Below the pieces are notes generated by a model. It had not been told where the DNA came from. It did no database searches and saw only the letters and a list, made by a program, of their open reading frames with translations. DNA of 64,000 nt from Eledone cirrhosa. Taxonomy: Eukaryota. Below are positions 33,554 to 48,482 of this stretch, in pieces (positions within the stretch are counted from its first letter, which is position 1; each line of letters opens with the position of its first letter). The position numbers and the translations under genes are program-made. The stretch spans positions 23,188,001-23,252,000 of the forward strand of contig OZ024764.1 in NCBI GenBank assembly GCA_964016885.1, read 5' to 3'.

Positions 33554-34929
33554 ATATATATATATATAGTTAAATATTAGACAGGAACAAAAAACAGAGG
33601 CAGTGCAAATGGTAGTTTATACCGAGAGAGAGACAGACAAACACATCTAAACCTCTACTAATGTAAAACATAAAACATATGTAAGGGGAGACAACTCTCA
33701 TTACATCCCCCTCTTCTTTTTGACATACATTCTTTAGATACTTTGTACAATGGAATCTACTTTATTTTGTGTCCTAAGTAGATTTCTGTTTAAGTATTTA
33801 CGAAATTCACAATGATTCACGTAACCAAGTTACTTACATAGAGATATATTTCACATAGAATCACAACAAATGAAAATATTAAGTCAACACTCTGTCAATC
33901 AGTCTCGCATCACATGGGGTGCCGGAGTCTCCCTCTAATACTTTCTGAGACAGTCTTACCTCGAGTGATAGCAAGGCTAAGATGTTGGAACTACCAAACA
34001 CCCTCATATGTATCACCTGACACCTCGGTAAGGAGAGCTGCCAACGATAACAAGAACCTCGTTGTCAGGGACCTATCTCCTCCAAACTTCTCCAACACCA
34101 CAGACTAGAATATTCTACTCTTTATTCCCTATCAAATATATTTCAGTCTAGTCATTTATCTTGTATCTTGTATATGTATTTTCAAAACTAACTGTCACAT
34201 TTGTGAGACCCCAGTTAGTGATGTTTTTGTCTCCCTCCCACATCCTACATGCTGTAGTAAAAGTTATGGTCACTGCTTCTGTAGACGAACGAAATAAAAG
34301 CTAAACTACCAGTAATTATCGGCAAAGTATTTATTCCAGTCTGTGATGTTTGAGAAGCTGGGCTGCTGACAACGAAGTTGTTGTCACTGTTGGCGGCTGG
34401 CTTTACCGAAGTACCCGATGACTGTTGTGAGGGTACTTAGCTGTTCTGGCGGTTTAGCCTCCACATGACCCGATCTTACCGAGATACCCGGTGATCTCTG
34501 TCGGGGTACTTAGCTGTTCTGGCAACTTAGCCTCCATATGACCCGATCTTACCGAGATACCCGGTGATCTCTGTCAGGGTACTCGATTGATCCAGCACCC
34601 TACTATTTCTACCAACAGGTTATATCGAGGTATCAAGTGATACTCTTTTCTAGTCAAGACCTCCTCTGCTGTCCTCTGTCTTCCAACTGCCCTGTTATTC
34701 TACAGACTCACGAAAGTGGACACCATCTGAAGGAGAGAGTGGTTGGTGTAGTGGTCATCGCTGGCTATTGTTCAAGTGACACAGGTAAAATACACTACCT
34801 AGACTGAGGTGAAACGTCTACCGTCCATTCTTCGTCACCAACACCTTACTTTCTCTATTTTAATTACATTTACTGATTTCAACTTCATTTTTTTATTACA
34901 AACTTTACATAATTTAATTCCGTAAAAAT

Positions 34930-35077
34930 ATTTTACGTCATAAAAAAACTTGACCTTTGACATTGAAGCATGCGCAGTGGTGCAGTTGTCGACTTCCTGT
35001 CCACGTGTCAGTCTTCCTACAACATCATTTAGAAAACATTTCTGTAAATACTAAACACCTGAGACTATAATGTAAGT
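34930..35077 (+). promoter_or_regulatory. Putative promoter and exon 1 of ZNF gene B (donor at 35071/35072)
   Basis: Same motif cluster and donor as 12225-12372. Confidence 0.65.
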
Positions 35078-35252
35078 ATTATGTCTATTAATATTGTAGA
35101 TTTAAGCTCACTTTTCACATCACAAATATATATTTTCTTGTTTGTTTTATTACTGAAAATATAAAATGTTATCGTAATTATCTATATTTTACCTACCTCT
35201 AATTAATTAAAGTGAAAACTTTTGTTGTTGCTGAAAAATAAATTAACAAAAC

Positions 35253-35618
35253 TATAGCGAGATTACTGGTTGTATGAATGTAACAAAACGAGACAATGTT
35301 TGTGTATATAATATTTAATTAACGGTAGATAGAATACTTGACATGTCAAAAATAGATGTTAGAATGAAACAAAGTTAGTAGTTACCGTTTTGATTGCCAG
35401 GCAAACGCGGCTGGCAGAGGGCGCCTGGCTAAGGCCAGGCGCCTGTTGGCCAAATTAATGGCAGAGCCAAATGAGAAGACTCTTGACCTGGTGCCGAAAA
35501 GGCAAAGAGAGAGAGGAAGCTTAAAGTTGTTAGTTTTATAGGGCTCTGACCGGAAGTCGCAGAAAGGGTTCCACCTCCCGTCTAGATCCCAATCAAAACA
35601 AGGGAGACAACCGCTACA
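35253..35618 (-). mobile_element. Solo LTR (366 bp, Gypsy-like 4-bp TSD)
   Basis: Termini tatagcg...cgctaca with an AAAC duplication. Empty sites are at about 12545 and 57160, and there is TATAAAA on the minus strand. Confidence 0.75.
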
Positions 35619-37014
35619 AAACTAAATATTTAAATATTCTAAAGGTCGTTTTTATATTATGTGATGATATAATTAATATATTTTATTACAATTGTATAAA
35701 TTTACAGTAGAATAACGTTGTAAATATGTTTTAAATATATACATAAATAACATAAGTGTGTAAATAACATTATAAATTGCTGGCAATTCCTTGAGAAAGA
35801 CATTACAAATATATTGTCTAAACTGTGTATAATAATATAATTTATTGAACAATAATGATAAAGGAAAGAAAAACACAGTGGGAGATGGCAATTGACCACC
35901 AAACGAGGTAAACATTTTCAACTTTCCCCTTTTTTTGCTTTGTCCGAGACAACTCAAAATATTCTTCAAGGAACTGGATTTTCCATTCGGTTGGATCGAA
36001 CGGATTTTACGATTTATAATCTGATGTCACTAGTTACTACTTTTATCAGTCAGTTTAATCTAATCTCACTAATAACTACTTTTATCAGTCAGTATAATCT
36101 ACTGCCACTAATAACTAACCTATGTTAGTCAGCACATTCTTCACCAAGGAAGGCCTTAGTATTTATTACAGTCTATTTATCAATATAGAAATATTATATG
36201 AAATTTGTACTGATGTATTACAAGTTTCTGAGTATCTTATAATGTTCTTTTATTATTTCAGAATACCAGAGGACATTGGCATTAAAGAGCACGTTACATC
36301 AGACATATCCTCAACATTAACCATTTCTAATGAAAGACACTACCCATCATTTTCAAATAATTTTGAAAACACTCAACACTTTGAAGTGATTTAGTAATAT
36401 AACTAAATTTCTCAGTATTAAGCTGCTATTTTGGAACATAACTTTGCACAATTTCATGAAGTTATAATGGAATGTTTTTAGATACATATAAAGACTGATA
36501 TGAAAAGGATAAAACACTTTTATATCAGTTGTTTCATCAACACCATTATTTAAAGACTAAAGGAAGCTGTTATACAGAACAGATACAACCTTGTTTATAT
36601 AAATCTATGGGAGAAATAGTGGAATATGTAGAAGATACAAAGTAAAGCTGAAGAAATTCACAAATGATTTTGTAAGATCTTCATATATTGACAAAGATGA
36701 TAGTTGATGGAACTACAGGAGTGGAAATATTTCCATTATTACAGGAATAACTAATCAAATAAAAACCAGAAAAATTAGATTCTTCATTGTCTGGAATTTG
36801 TACAAGATGATTTTATATGTATATTAAACTTGAAAACATCTACAAAACAGTTTGTATCATCTTTAAATATAAAGAAAGACCAAAGTTGATGGAAATATAT
36901 CTGGAGGAATATGTTGTAGGAATAATATTATAAACATAAAGAAGAAAAATATCCATATATTAACAGGAGAAAAATATTAAAACTGTGAATTATGTGAGAA
37001 ACTGAGGTCATTGA

Positions 37015-37563
<549 letters not shown>

Positions 37564-40500
37564 CATCTGTGGTAAATCTTTCTCTCAAGGTGGTAACTTA
37601 ACCAAGCATGTGCGTATTCATACAGAAGTTTAGCTGTATCAATATCAAACTCATTACATCATACTACAACAACAACAATTATGTAGATCCATCATCCTTG
37701 CTAAAACTGGGGTCAACCTTGTAGGTTTTACCTAGGACAGGGATCATAAAACCAGGTTTCCATTTTTGAAGCAGTGTTTGAAGATTTTGTGTAAATTAAA
37801 GTTTTTCACATTAAACTTTGATTTATTATACTTTAACAGGTAAGATACATATTTGTATTTTTAGTAAAGGTTGGGAACTTCTGTAATTTAAACCTGCCAA
37901 TAAAATGAAAACTTTTGTTGTTGTTAGTCAGACATTGATATTAATTCTATTGTCCTGTACATTGTCTCAAATATCACAGATTAAACAGATTTTAACACTA
38001 TCAACAGAAATCAATAACTTGTAAGCCTAATATCTAGCTTCCATTTTAACTATTTGATATTGTTATTCCCCTCCTGTCTCTTCAGGTCTTTTAGATTTCA
38101 ACTTCTATCTACTGTACTATTCCATCACCAAGGCAACATTCATCTGGCTGGCAGCTTACATCAACTACAAATCTCATCAGTGGTTCACAACAGGCTGTCT
38201 GAAAGAAACTTCCAGATATCTTCTATGTCATAGCTATCAATATCCTCCTCCTTATCATATGTACCACTCTCACACTCCCTCTAGATCTTATATTTAAGAG
38301 GGAGATCTTTTACTGTCCCTACTCTTTTCTCTAGGTTGTCTTGTGCCTCTCTCACAGTCCCTATATATCTTATATTTAACAGGGAGATCTTTTACTATCC
38401 CTACCCTTTTCTCTAGATTGTCTTGTATCTCTTTCACAGTCCCTCTAGATCTTATATTTAACAGGGAGATCTTTTACTCTCCAACCCTTCTACAGATAGT
38501 CTTGTATATGTCATTCCCTCTAGGTCTTACACCTCGTATCTAGTCTATGTTGAGTGGTACGTCCTTCTCCAGTAAAGGAGTTAATATTCCCAACCATCTG
38601 TCTATCCTGTTTTCTGATGAGAATGAAGTCAATCTAGTTTATCTCTTCACCTGATTGAAGTAACTAGATCAAGTAACTAGATGGTTTCCTGTAAGTTAGT
38701 GTTGCAGTGTTTGTGTCACCATGTAAGGTTTATATCTATTAATATAGAGATGTAGTAAAGTTTTCACTGTTGTATCTCTACTTTCTAAATATCTTAATAA
38801 TGTTTCTCTACTATTTCAGAATATCACATGACCTTGGCAGAAAAGAGTCTTTTAAAGACAACAGAAAGGTGTTACATACAAGTGATATAAACCTGTTTAG
38901 TCTGTGGTGAATTATGGTGAAATATTTCTTCTGAATTGAGATAGATAACAATATTTTCCTTTTTCACTGTCTGGAATATTTACAAGATGATTTAACATTC
39001 TGATTAAACTTTAGATATTTACAAAGGAGTTTTCAAAATATTTGGATATTGACAAAGATCACATTTGGTAAAAATTATGAACAATAGAAATATTTACATC
39101 AACATAGGAATATTTTCCAGAAGAGATGGGAAAATCATTATACCACTGTAATATTTGTGGTAAAGTATTCTCTATTCTTTATATGTAGAACATCTAACTA
39201 AACACTTTAATTAACAAACTATTGTGCTATAAAATTGACAAACTTGAGCAATGTTTAATAAATGTTACAGATTTCTCCAAACTGTCGTTTACTAACTTTA
39301 ATTTGAAGCTATATTATCTATATACTACTAAAACTCTGTAATTGTGTCTTGTCTAATTTAATACAGCCTAAACTGCATAATGGGGAAATACTTTGAAAGG
39401 AATAAAACAATTTTTGTATAAATTGGAGCACAGGTTCCCAAGATACAAGGTTTTCTGGGTACCTTGATATATATAGGGAGAGAAAGAGATAGTGGTTGTG
39501 AGAGTGAGGAGACAGATGGAAGAGAGAGAGAGAGCTGGTGGTGTTGTTTAATAAAATGTGTGTGTGTGTATATATATGTACGTATGTGTATATTTTAACT
39601 ATTTAAAAATCATTTTTAAATGACTTTTAAAAAATAGTTTTAAGGGAACGTGACCCAACAGGTCCCGGGTGGTCTAGTTTGTTACTAAATACTAGATATT
39701 AGAGGGTCATGTTGTTCTAGATGTGCTGGAAGAGCCATTCCATCTTGTGAGGTTCACACCAGCAGCTAGCCACCTCAGCACCTATGGTGGTATATTTATT
39801 ATATTATTTATTCTTTATCATTAACATTAATTTAAAAGATAATTATATATTTTTAGAGAAGAACCTCTAATTTCATATAGCTTAGGGCTTCAGTAGGTAA
39901 AAGTCTGGCCCTGCTTGTCTTGTATTTTTTAGGGGAGAAGTTAGGGAATACTGTTATTGTGTGAAAGTTTTCTAAATCTTCTTCAACCACTAACATGGAG
40001 AAGATATTTCAGTAAGAAGGTTCACATCCTGACATCTATAGCTGTTAACAATGAGATTGGAATTCATTATTAAACAAATGTTATATCATCATCACTGTTT
40101 TACATCAGTTTTTTCACGCTGGCATGGGTTAGACGATTTATCCTGTTGTAAGCATTGCCAAGTCAGGTGACCACGTGTTGCTCCTACAGAACAAATTTTG
40201 GATTGGTTTCTACAGCTGGATGCCCTTCCTAGCACCAACCTTATTTACATTGAGTACTGGGTGCATTTTACCATCTCACCATCACGACCACTTTACAGTG
40301 TGGGCTGGGTGCTTTTTGTTGTGACACCTATATGACCACTTTACAGTGTGGGCTGGGTGCTTTTTGTTGTGACACCTACATGACCACTTTAAAGTTTTGA
40401 CTGGGTGCTTTTTGTCGTGACATCTACATGACCACTTTATAGTGTGGACTGGGTACTTTTTGTTGTGACACCAACATGACCACTTTAAAGTTTTGGCTGG

Positions 40501-41686
40501 ATACTTTTTGTTGTCACCTACATGACCACTTTACAGTGTGGGCTGGGTGCTTTTTGCCGTGACACCTACGCAACCGCTTTACAGTGTGGGCTGGTTTCTT
40601 TTTGTCATATCACCTACATGACCACCTTATAATGTTTACTGTGTGTTCTTTGCAGTCTAGGCTGGTTTCTTTTTGTCATATCACCTCCATGACCACCTTA
40701 TAATGTTTACTGTGTGTTCTTTGCAGTGTGGGCTGGTTTCTTTTTGTCATATCACCTACATGACCACCTTATAATGTTGACTGTGTGTTCTTTACAGTGT
40801 GGGTTGGGTGCTTTTTGTCATATCACCTACCCAACCACTTTGCAGTGTGGGCAGTGAAAGATCAGTAATGCACCAGCTCCAATATTCAGTAATCAGAAGA
40901 AGGGAGGTAGGCATAAAAGCCAAACTTGCTGTCTTCAATTAGGTTTTTGTGCCAACCCTTACCTATGGTCACATATCTTGGGTAATGACCAAAAGAATAT
41001 GATTGGGAATACAAATGGCAGATATGGGATTCCTCTGAAGGGTCTTTGAAGGAACGTTTCTCAATAAAGTGCATAGCTCTGAGATCAGAGAGTCACTGCA
41101 GGTGGAGCTGTTACTTCTCCGAATTGAGAGATCATAGCTGCAATACTATGGCCATGTGGTTAGAATGTCTGAGGAAAGAATCACTGGATAGATTTTACAG
41201 GCTAAACTAACCGGCAGGAGACCCAGGGGTAGACCTGAGCAAGATGGTGACATAACATCCATGAGCTTGGCGGGTCTCTCTGGGAGATCCAGCCAGATCA
41301 GTTGGAGTGGGTTGCTTCTGACAGGACCTGTTGAAGGGAGTGTTTGAGGACTCTGCCCCCAAGACACTCTCTGGAATGACTGGATTAATAAGAAGAGGTT
41401 GAGGTTACATAATCAACATCAGATTTCCCTGCTAGCAAGGGTTTAATGAGTCTACTTCAACCAAGTAAGTACTGAAGTGAGGCTACTGATCTCCCAGACA
41501 GACCAAGGATCTGAGACTTATTACATAAGGTCTCATTTGCTGCTGAGTGCACAGAAAAGGTTGTCATGTCTTTGTCATGATTGAAGGGTTCTCCAACCCT
41601 ATTGTCAGGCAAGCTTTCTATGGCTAGATGTCCTTCACATGACCAACCACATTACAGCCTGTGTTGGGTCTGTTTATCATGTAGGT

Positions 41687-43732
41687 GAGGCATAACAAAC
41701 TGAGGGTTCCCCAAGGGCCACATAGGTCACATGTGTTGTCTGAGGGTTGCACACTATAACTAATTATGTTCACGACAACTAATTAAAGTCATTTAATAAA
41801 ATTTAATATAGAAAGATTTGTTACTTAAATTTAGAAACATACAATGTACATACAAATGTTTTAGCAGCATTCATGAATACAAAGTAATGAAGTAGTTTGA
41901 TAAAAAACTAAAATTTAACATGTCAACATATACTTGCAGATTGTAACAGCAACAAATACATTGTACACAAATAACAACAGTTGAAAACTGAACATTTATT
42001 TGCTACTATTCAACCATTTTTAGTCTTTTGTCCTGAGGCTTGACACTTCTTTCTGTTGACTATTTTTGGTATATCTGGCTGAAATGTCTGTACAGTTCCA
42101 ACTTTAATCAGAAATGACAAGTGTTGATCTGTCAGCCTTGTTCTCTGAGAAGTTTTTGTTAAGCTAAGTACAGACTCAGTATGGGCAGTGATTTTCAGCT
42201 CTTTGCACATAAGAAAATGAATTAAATTTTCATCTGACAACGGAGACTTCCATAAGCTAAGTTTTCTAATGAAGAACTTGATGTCATCATACAACTGAGT
42301 GATGGGTTTGTCTTTACCTTGTAATTTCAAATTAAGGTCAGTTAATTGTGCAGTAATATCCACAAAAGAATCCAGATGTTGGAGCCAACTTTCATCTTTT
42401 ATTTCACCTGTGTTTTGACCTTTCATCTCCAAAAACATAATTATTTCAACAAATAGAATCTTTTCAGCAGTTTCTGACATGTCAACCAGCAGACTTCTGT
42501 GTAGAATGGAACATCGGTCAACTGATTATCCACATCTTCCAACAACTGGCTGAACTAACGGTGTATGAGAGCACGGCCTTTGATTTAGTTCACTGTCTTT
42601 GTGACCAAGCTAAGCACATGATGCAATTTTAAAATCTTTGAACATAAATTTTGCTGATGAATAATAGTGAAAATGTGCAAATGATGAATCTAGATATGAG
42701 TTTTCTATTTTTGTTTGTAACTTGGCAGCAACACCATTATGTCTACCAACCATATTTGCAGCACTGTCAGTAGATAAACATGCAAGTTTACTCAGATCAA
42801 AACCATGCAGACACTGTTTGACCTTCTCAAAGATGTCCTGGCTTGTTATAGTGTCATGCATGGGGACCAGTTCAATCAGTTCTTCATAAATATTAAATTC
42901 ACTGTCACAGGCCCTGATGAAGAATGCAAGCTGTACTATTCCAGTGATGTCAAGAGTCTCATCAATAGCAATAGAAACATGTTCAAACCTTGATGATACA
43001 GCCTTTAACTGTTGTTTCAGATCACCTGACATTTCATTAATCTGTTCAGCAACAGTGTTCCTGTTTAATGAAATGTCTTTGAATAACTCTGCTTTCTCAG
43101 GACAATTTCAGCTGTTTTTACAAGACATTGCTTTACAAAATCTCCTTCACTGTAAGATTTCCCACTCATGGCAATCATTTGACTGAGTTCATAGCTTGCA
43201 GTAACGGAAGTGACATCCTCTTCCTGAATTAACATAAAACAGGTCTGTTGCTGTGTCAAGTTAACCTTCAATTCCTTGAGTCTTGAAACACACATTGGGC
43301 CTTCATATTTATCGTAAGATCGAGGGTTTGTTTCATAATGTCTTTTTAAATTGTACTCTTTTGGCGTGGAGATGTAGTTGTTGCAAATTAAACAGTGTAT
43401 CTTTCTGTTCACCATTGGGCAAAAATACTGTAATTCCCACTTTTCTTGAAACACTTGCCCTTCTTCGTTCACTTTCCTTTTTCTCTTAGCTGGAGGAGCA
43501 CTAACCATTTCAAAAACGAAATCTTTTGAAATTTTGAAAGAAAGTTTTCTGTTAATGAGCTGCACGTGATTAATGGAAGTTAAAAGTAGTTGACAAAAAT
43601 TGCACCAAAAAAAATAATTGTATCGAAAATGTTTTAAATTTTATATTACGAAAATGAAACATGCTCGCACTGTAAAAACCTTTGTGTGGGCCGCAGGTTT
43701 GCTTGCAAAGGGCCGCATGTTTGATGTGTCTG
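41687..43732 (-). mobile_element. hAT element paralog with an internal deletion
   Basis: TSD ATGTAGGT at 41679-41686 and 43733-43740, with ORFs 42010-42480, 42610-43032 and 43065-43565. It lacks about 310 bp present at about 7410-7720. Confidence 0.93.
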
Positions 43733-45848
43733 ATGTAGGTTACCAACACTAGGGAGGGCAGCATGTCCTTCAGTGTGTTCTGCTACATTAACTACCAGGA
43801 GGTCACCACATGAGACAAAGAATACATTTCAAAGAAGGGTCATAAAAGAACTAAATACGAAAGTACCCACAATTCAGCAAAAAGCAAATAATTGTGCTTT
43901 GGGTCTAGGTTAAGGGGGCAGAAGTGCTGCGCCCTGTGGATAAGACTGCAAAAGTATTTGCTCCGGACGATGGACAGTTACAGCCACCCCAACCTCATGG
44001 GACTCCCTCTTCAGAAGGGCCACCAACCTACTGATCTTACAGAGAGGCTTCGCAGTACGAGGTCTAAGTACTTCTGAGGTCTTGATGGTGACCGGTGTGA
44101 AGAGACCTACCTACAATTGATGTCATCCCAGTTATGTAGGACTGTAATATACTTGGGTTTAGAGAGGCCTTAACCTGTCTTAGCCGAGCCACCCAGGGTT
44201 GTGTCATCTAGGTACCAGACAGCTGTAACTAGACCATGTTGTCAACTGTCACCACCAATAGGAGTGAGGCGAGTGGGTCCCCTTGCTAGACACCATATAT
44301 AAAAACGTATTTGCTAATTACTTTAATGAATAATTTGTTTCATACGTAATTATTACTTTTAACACAATAGGATTTTGTACACGTGTTTGTTTGAAAACAT
44401 CTTTCAAAGAAGTATGAGACAGTCTTTTGCAGTCTTCTGGAGTTGCGACCAATAGATAGTATTAGCTATTGGAAAGACCAATGGAAACATTGTTTCCTCG
44501 GTCCGATTTGACTAAAAGTCGATCGTAAAAAAAATATATATATTTATATATATAGAGAGAGATAGAGAAACACACAAACGTACACTACTGTAAAACATAT
44601 GTAAGGGGAGACAACTCTTGTTACATCCCCCCTTCTTTTTGATATACGTGCTTTATATGTTTTGTACAATGGAACCTGCTTTATTTTGTGTCCTAAGTAG
44701 ATTTCTGTTTAAGTATTTACGAGATTCACAATGATTCACGTAACGAAGTTACTTACATAGAGATATATTTCACATAGAATTACAACAAATGAAAATATTA
44801 AGTCAACACTCTGTCAATCAGTCTCACATCATATGGGGTGCCGGAGTCTCCCTCTAATACTTTCTGAGACAGTCTTACCTCGAGTGATAGCAAGGCTAAG
44901 ATGCTGGAACTACCAAACACCCTCATATGTATCACCTGACACCTCGGTAAGGAGAGCTGCCAACGATAACAAGAACCTCGTTGTCAGGGACCTATCTCCT
45001 CCAAACTTCTCCAACACCACAGACTAGAATATTCTACTCTTTATTCCCTATCAAATATATTTCAGTCTAGTCATTTATCTTGTATCTTGTATATGTATTT
45101 TCAAAACTAACTGTCACATTTGTGAGACCCCAGTTAGTGATGTTTTTGTCTCCCTCCCACATCCTACATGCTGTAGTAAAAGTTATGGTCACTGCTTCTG
45201 TAGACGAACGAAATAAAAGCTAAACTACCAGTAATTATCGGCAAAGTATTTATTCCAGTCTGTGATGTTTGAGAAGCTGGGCTGCTGACAACGAAGTTGT
45301 TGTCACTGTTGGCGGCTGGCTTTACCGAAGTACCCGATGACTGTTGTGAGGGTACTTAGCTGTTCTGGCGGTTTAGCCTCCACATGACCCGATCTTACCG
45401 AGATACCCGGTGATCTCTGTCGGGGTACTTAGCTGTTCTGGCAACTTAGCCTCCATATGACCCGATCTTACCGAGATACCCGGTGATCTCTGTCAGGGTA
45501 CTCGATTGATCCAGCACCCTACTATTTCTACCAACAGGTTATATCGAGGTATCAAGTGATACTCTTTTCTAGTCAAGACCTCCTCTGCTGTCCTCTGTCT
45601 TCCAACTGCCCTGTTATTCTACAGACTCACGAAAGTGGACACCATCTGAAGGAGAGAGTGGTTGGTGTAGTGGTCATCGCTGGCTATTGTTCAAGTGACA
45701 CAGGTAAAATACACTACCTAGACTGAGGTGAAACGTCTACCGTCCATTCTTCGTCACCAACACCTTACTTTCTCTATTTTAATTACATTTACTGATTTCA
45801 ACTTCATTTTTTTATTACAAACTTTACATAATTTAATTCCGTAAAAAT

Positions 45849-45996
45849 ATTTTACGTCACAAAAAAACTTGACCTTTGACATTGAAGCATGCGCAGTGGT
45901 GCAGTTGTCGACTTCCTGTCCACGTGTCAGTCTTCCTACAACATCATTTAGAAAACATTTCTGTAAATACTAAACACCTGAGACTATAATGTAAGT
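45849..45996 (+). promoter_or_regulatory. Putative promoter and exon 1 of ZNF gene C (donor at 45990/45991)
   Basis: Same motif cluster and donor as the other cassettes. Confidence 0.65.
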
Positions 45997-46171
45997 ATTA
46001 TGTCTATTAATATTGTAGATTTAAGCTCACTTTTCACATCACAAATATATATTTTCTTGTTTGTTTTATTACTGAAAATATAAAATGTTATCGTAATTAT
46101 CTATATTTTACCTACCTCTAATTAATTAAAGTGAAAACTTTTGTTGTTGCTGAAAAATAAATTAACAAAAC

Positions 46172-46537
46172 TATAGCGAGATTACTGGTTGTATGAATGT
46201 AACAAAACGAGACAATGTTTGTGTATATAATATTTAATTAACGGTAGATAGAATACTTGACATGTCAAAAATAGATGTTAGAATGAAACAAAGTTAGTAG
46301 TTACCGTTTTGATTGCCAGGCAAACGCGGCTGGCAGAGGGCGCCTGGCTAAGGCCAGGCGCCTGTTGGCCAAATTAATGGCAGAGCCAAATGAGAAGACT
46401 CTTGACCTGGTGCCGAAAAGGCAAAGAGAGAGAGGAAGCTTAAAGTTGTTAGTTTTATAGGGCTCTGACCGGAAGTCGCAGAAAGGGTTCCACCTCCCGT
46501 CTAGATCCCAATCAAAACAAGGGAGACAACCGCTACA
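46172..46537 (-). mobile_element. Solo LTR, duplicate of 35253-35618
   Basis: Same sequence at +10919. Confidence 0.75.
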
Positions 46538-47933
46538 AAACTAAATATTTAAATATTCTAAAGGTCGTTTTTATATTATGTGATGATATAATTAATATAT
46601 TTTATTACAATTGTATAAATTTACAGTAGAATAACGTTGTAAATATGTTTTAAATATATACATAAATAACATAAGTGTGTAAATAACATTATAAATTGCT
46701 GGCAATTCCTTGAGAAAGACATTACAAATATATTGTCTAAACTGTGTATAATAATATAATTTATTGAACAATAATGATAAAGGAAAGAAAAACACAGTGG
46801 GAGATGGCAATTGACCACCAAACGAGGTAAACATTTTCAACTTTCCCCTTTTTTTGCTTTGTCCGAGACAACTCAAAATATTCTTCAAGGAACTGGATTT
46901 TCCATTCGGTTGGATCGAACGGATTTTACGATTTATAATCTGATGTCACTAGTTACTACTTTTATCAGTCAGTTTAATCTAATCTCACTAATAACTACTT
47001 TTATCAGTCAGTATAATCTACTGCCACTAATAACTAACCTATGTTAGTCAGCACATTCTTCACCAAGGAAGGCCTTAGTATTTATTACAGTCTATTTATC
47101 AATATAGAAATATTATATGAAATTTGTACTGATGTATTACAAGTTTCTGAGTATCTTATAATGTTCTTTTATTATTTCAGAATACCAGAGGACATTGGCA
47201 TTAAAGAGCACGTTACATCAGACATATCCTCAACATTAACCATTTCTAATGAAAGACACTACCCATCATTTTCAAATAATTTTGAAAACACTCAACACTT
47301 TGAAGTGATTTAGTAATATAACTAAATTTCTCAGTATTAAGCTGCTATTTTGGAACATAACTTTGCACAATTTCATGAAGTTATAATGGAATGTTTTTAG
47401 ATACATATAAAGACTGATATGAAAAGGATAAAACACTTTTATATCAGTTGTTTCATCAACACCATTATTTAAAGACTAAAGGAAGCTGTTATACAGAACA
47501 GATACAACCTTGTTTATATAAATCTATGGGAGAAATAGTGGAATATGTAGAAGATACAAAGTAAAGCTGAAGAAATTCACAAATGATTTTGTAAGATCTT
47601 CATATATTGACAAAGATGATAGTTGATGGAACTACAGGAGTGGAAATATTTCCATTATTACAGGAATAACTAATCAAATAAAAACCAGAAAAATTAGATT
47701 CTTCATTGTCTGGAATTTGTACAAGATGATTTTATATGTATATTAAACTTGAAAACATCTACAAAACAGTTTGTATCATCTTTAAATATAAAGAAAGACC
47801 AAAGTTGATGGAAATATATCTGGAGGAATATGTTGTAGGAATAATATTATAAACATAAAGAAGAAAAATATCCATATATTAACAGGAGAAAAATATTAAA
47901 ACTGTGAATTATGTGAGAAACTGAGGTCATTGA

Positions 47934-48482
<549 letters not shown>

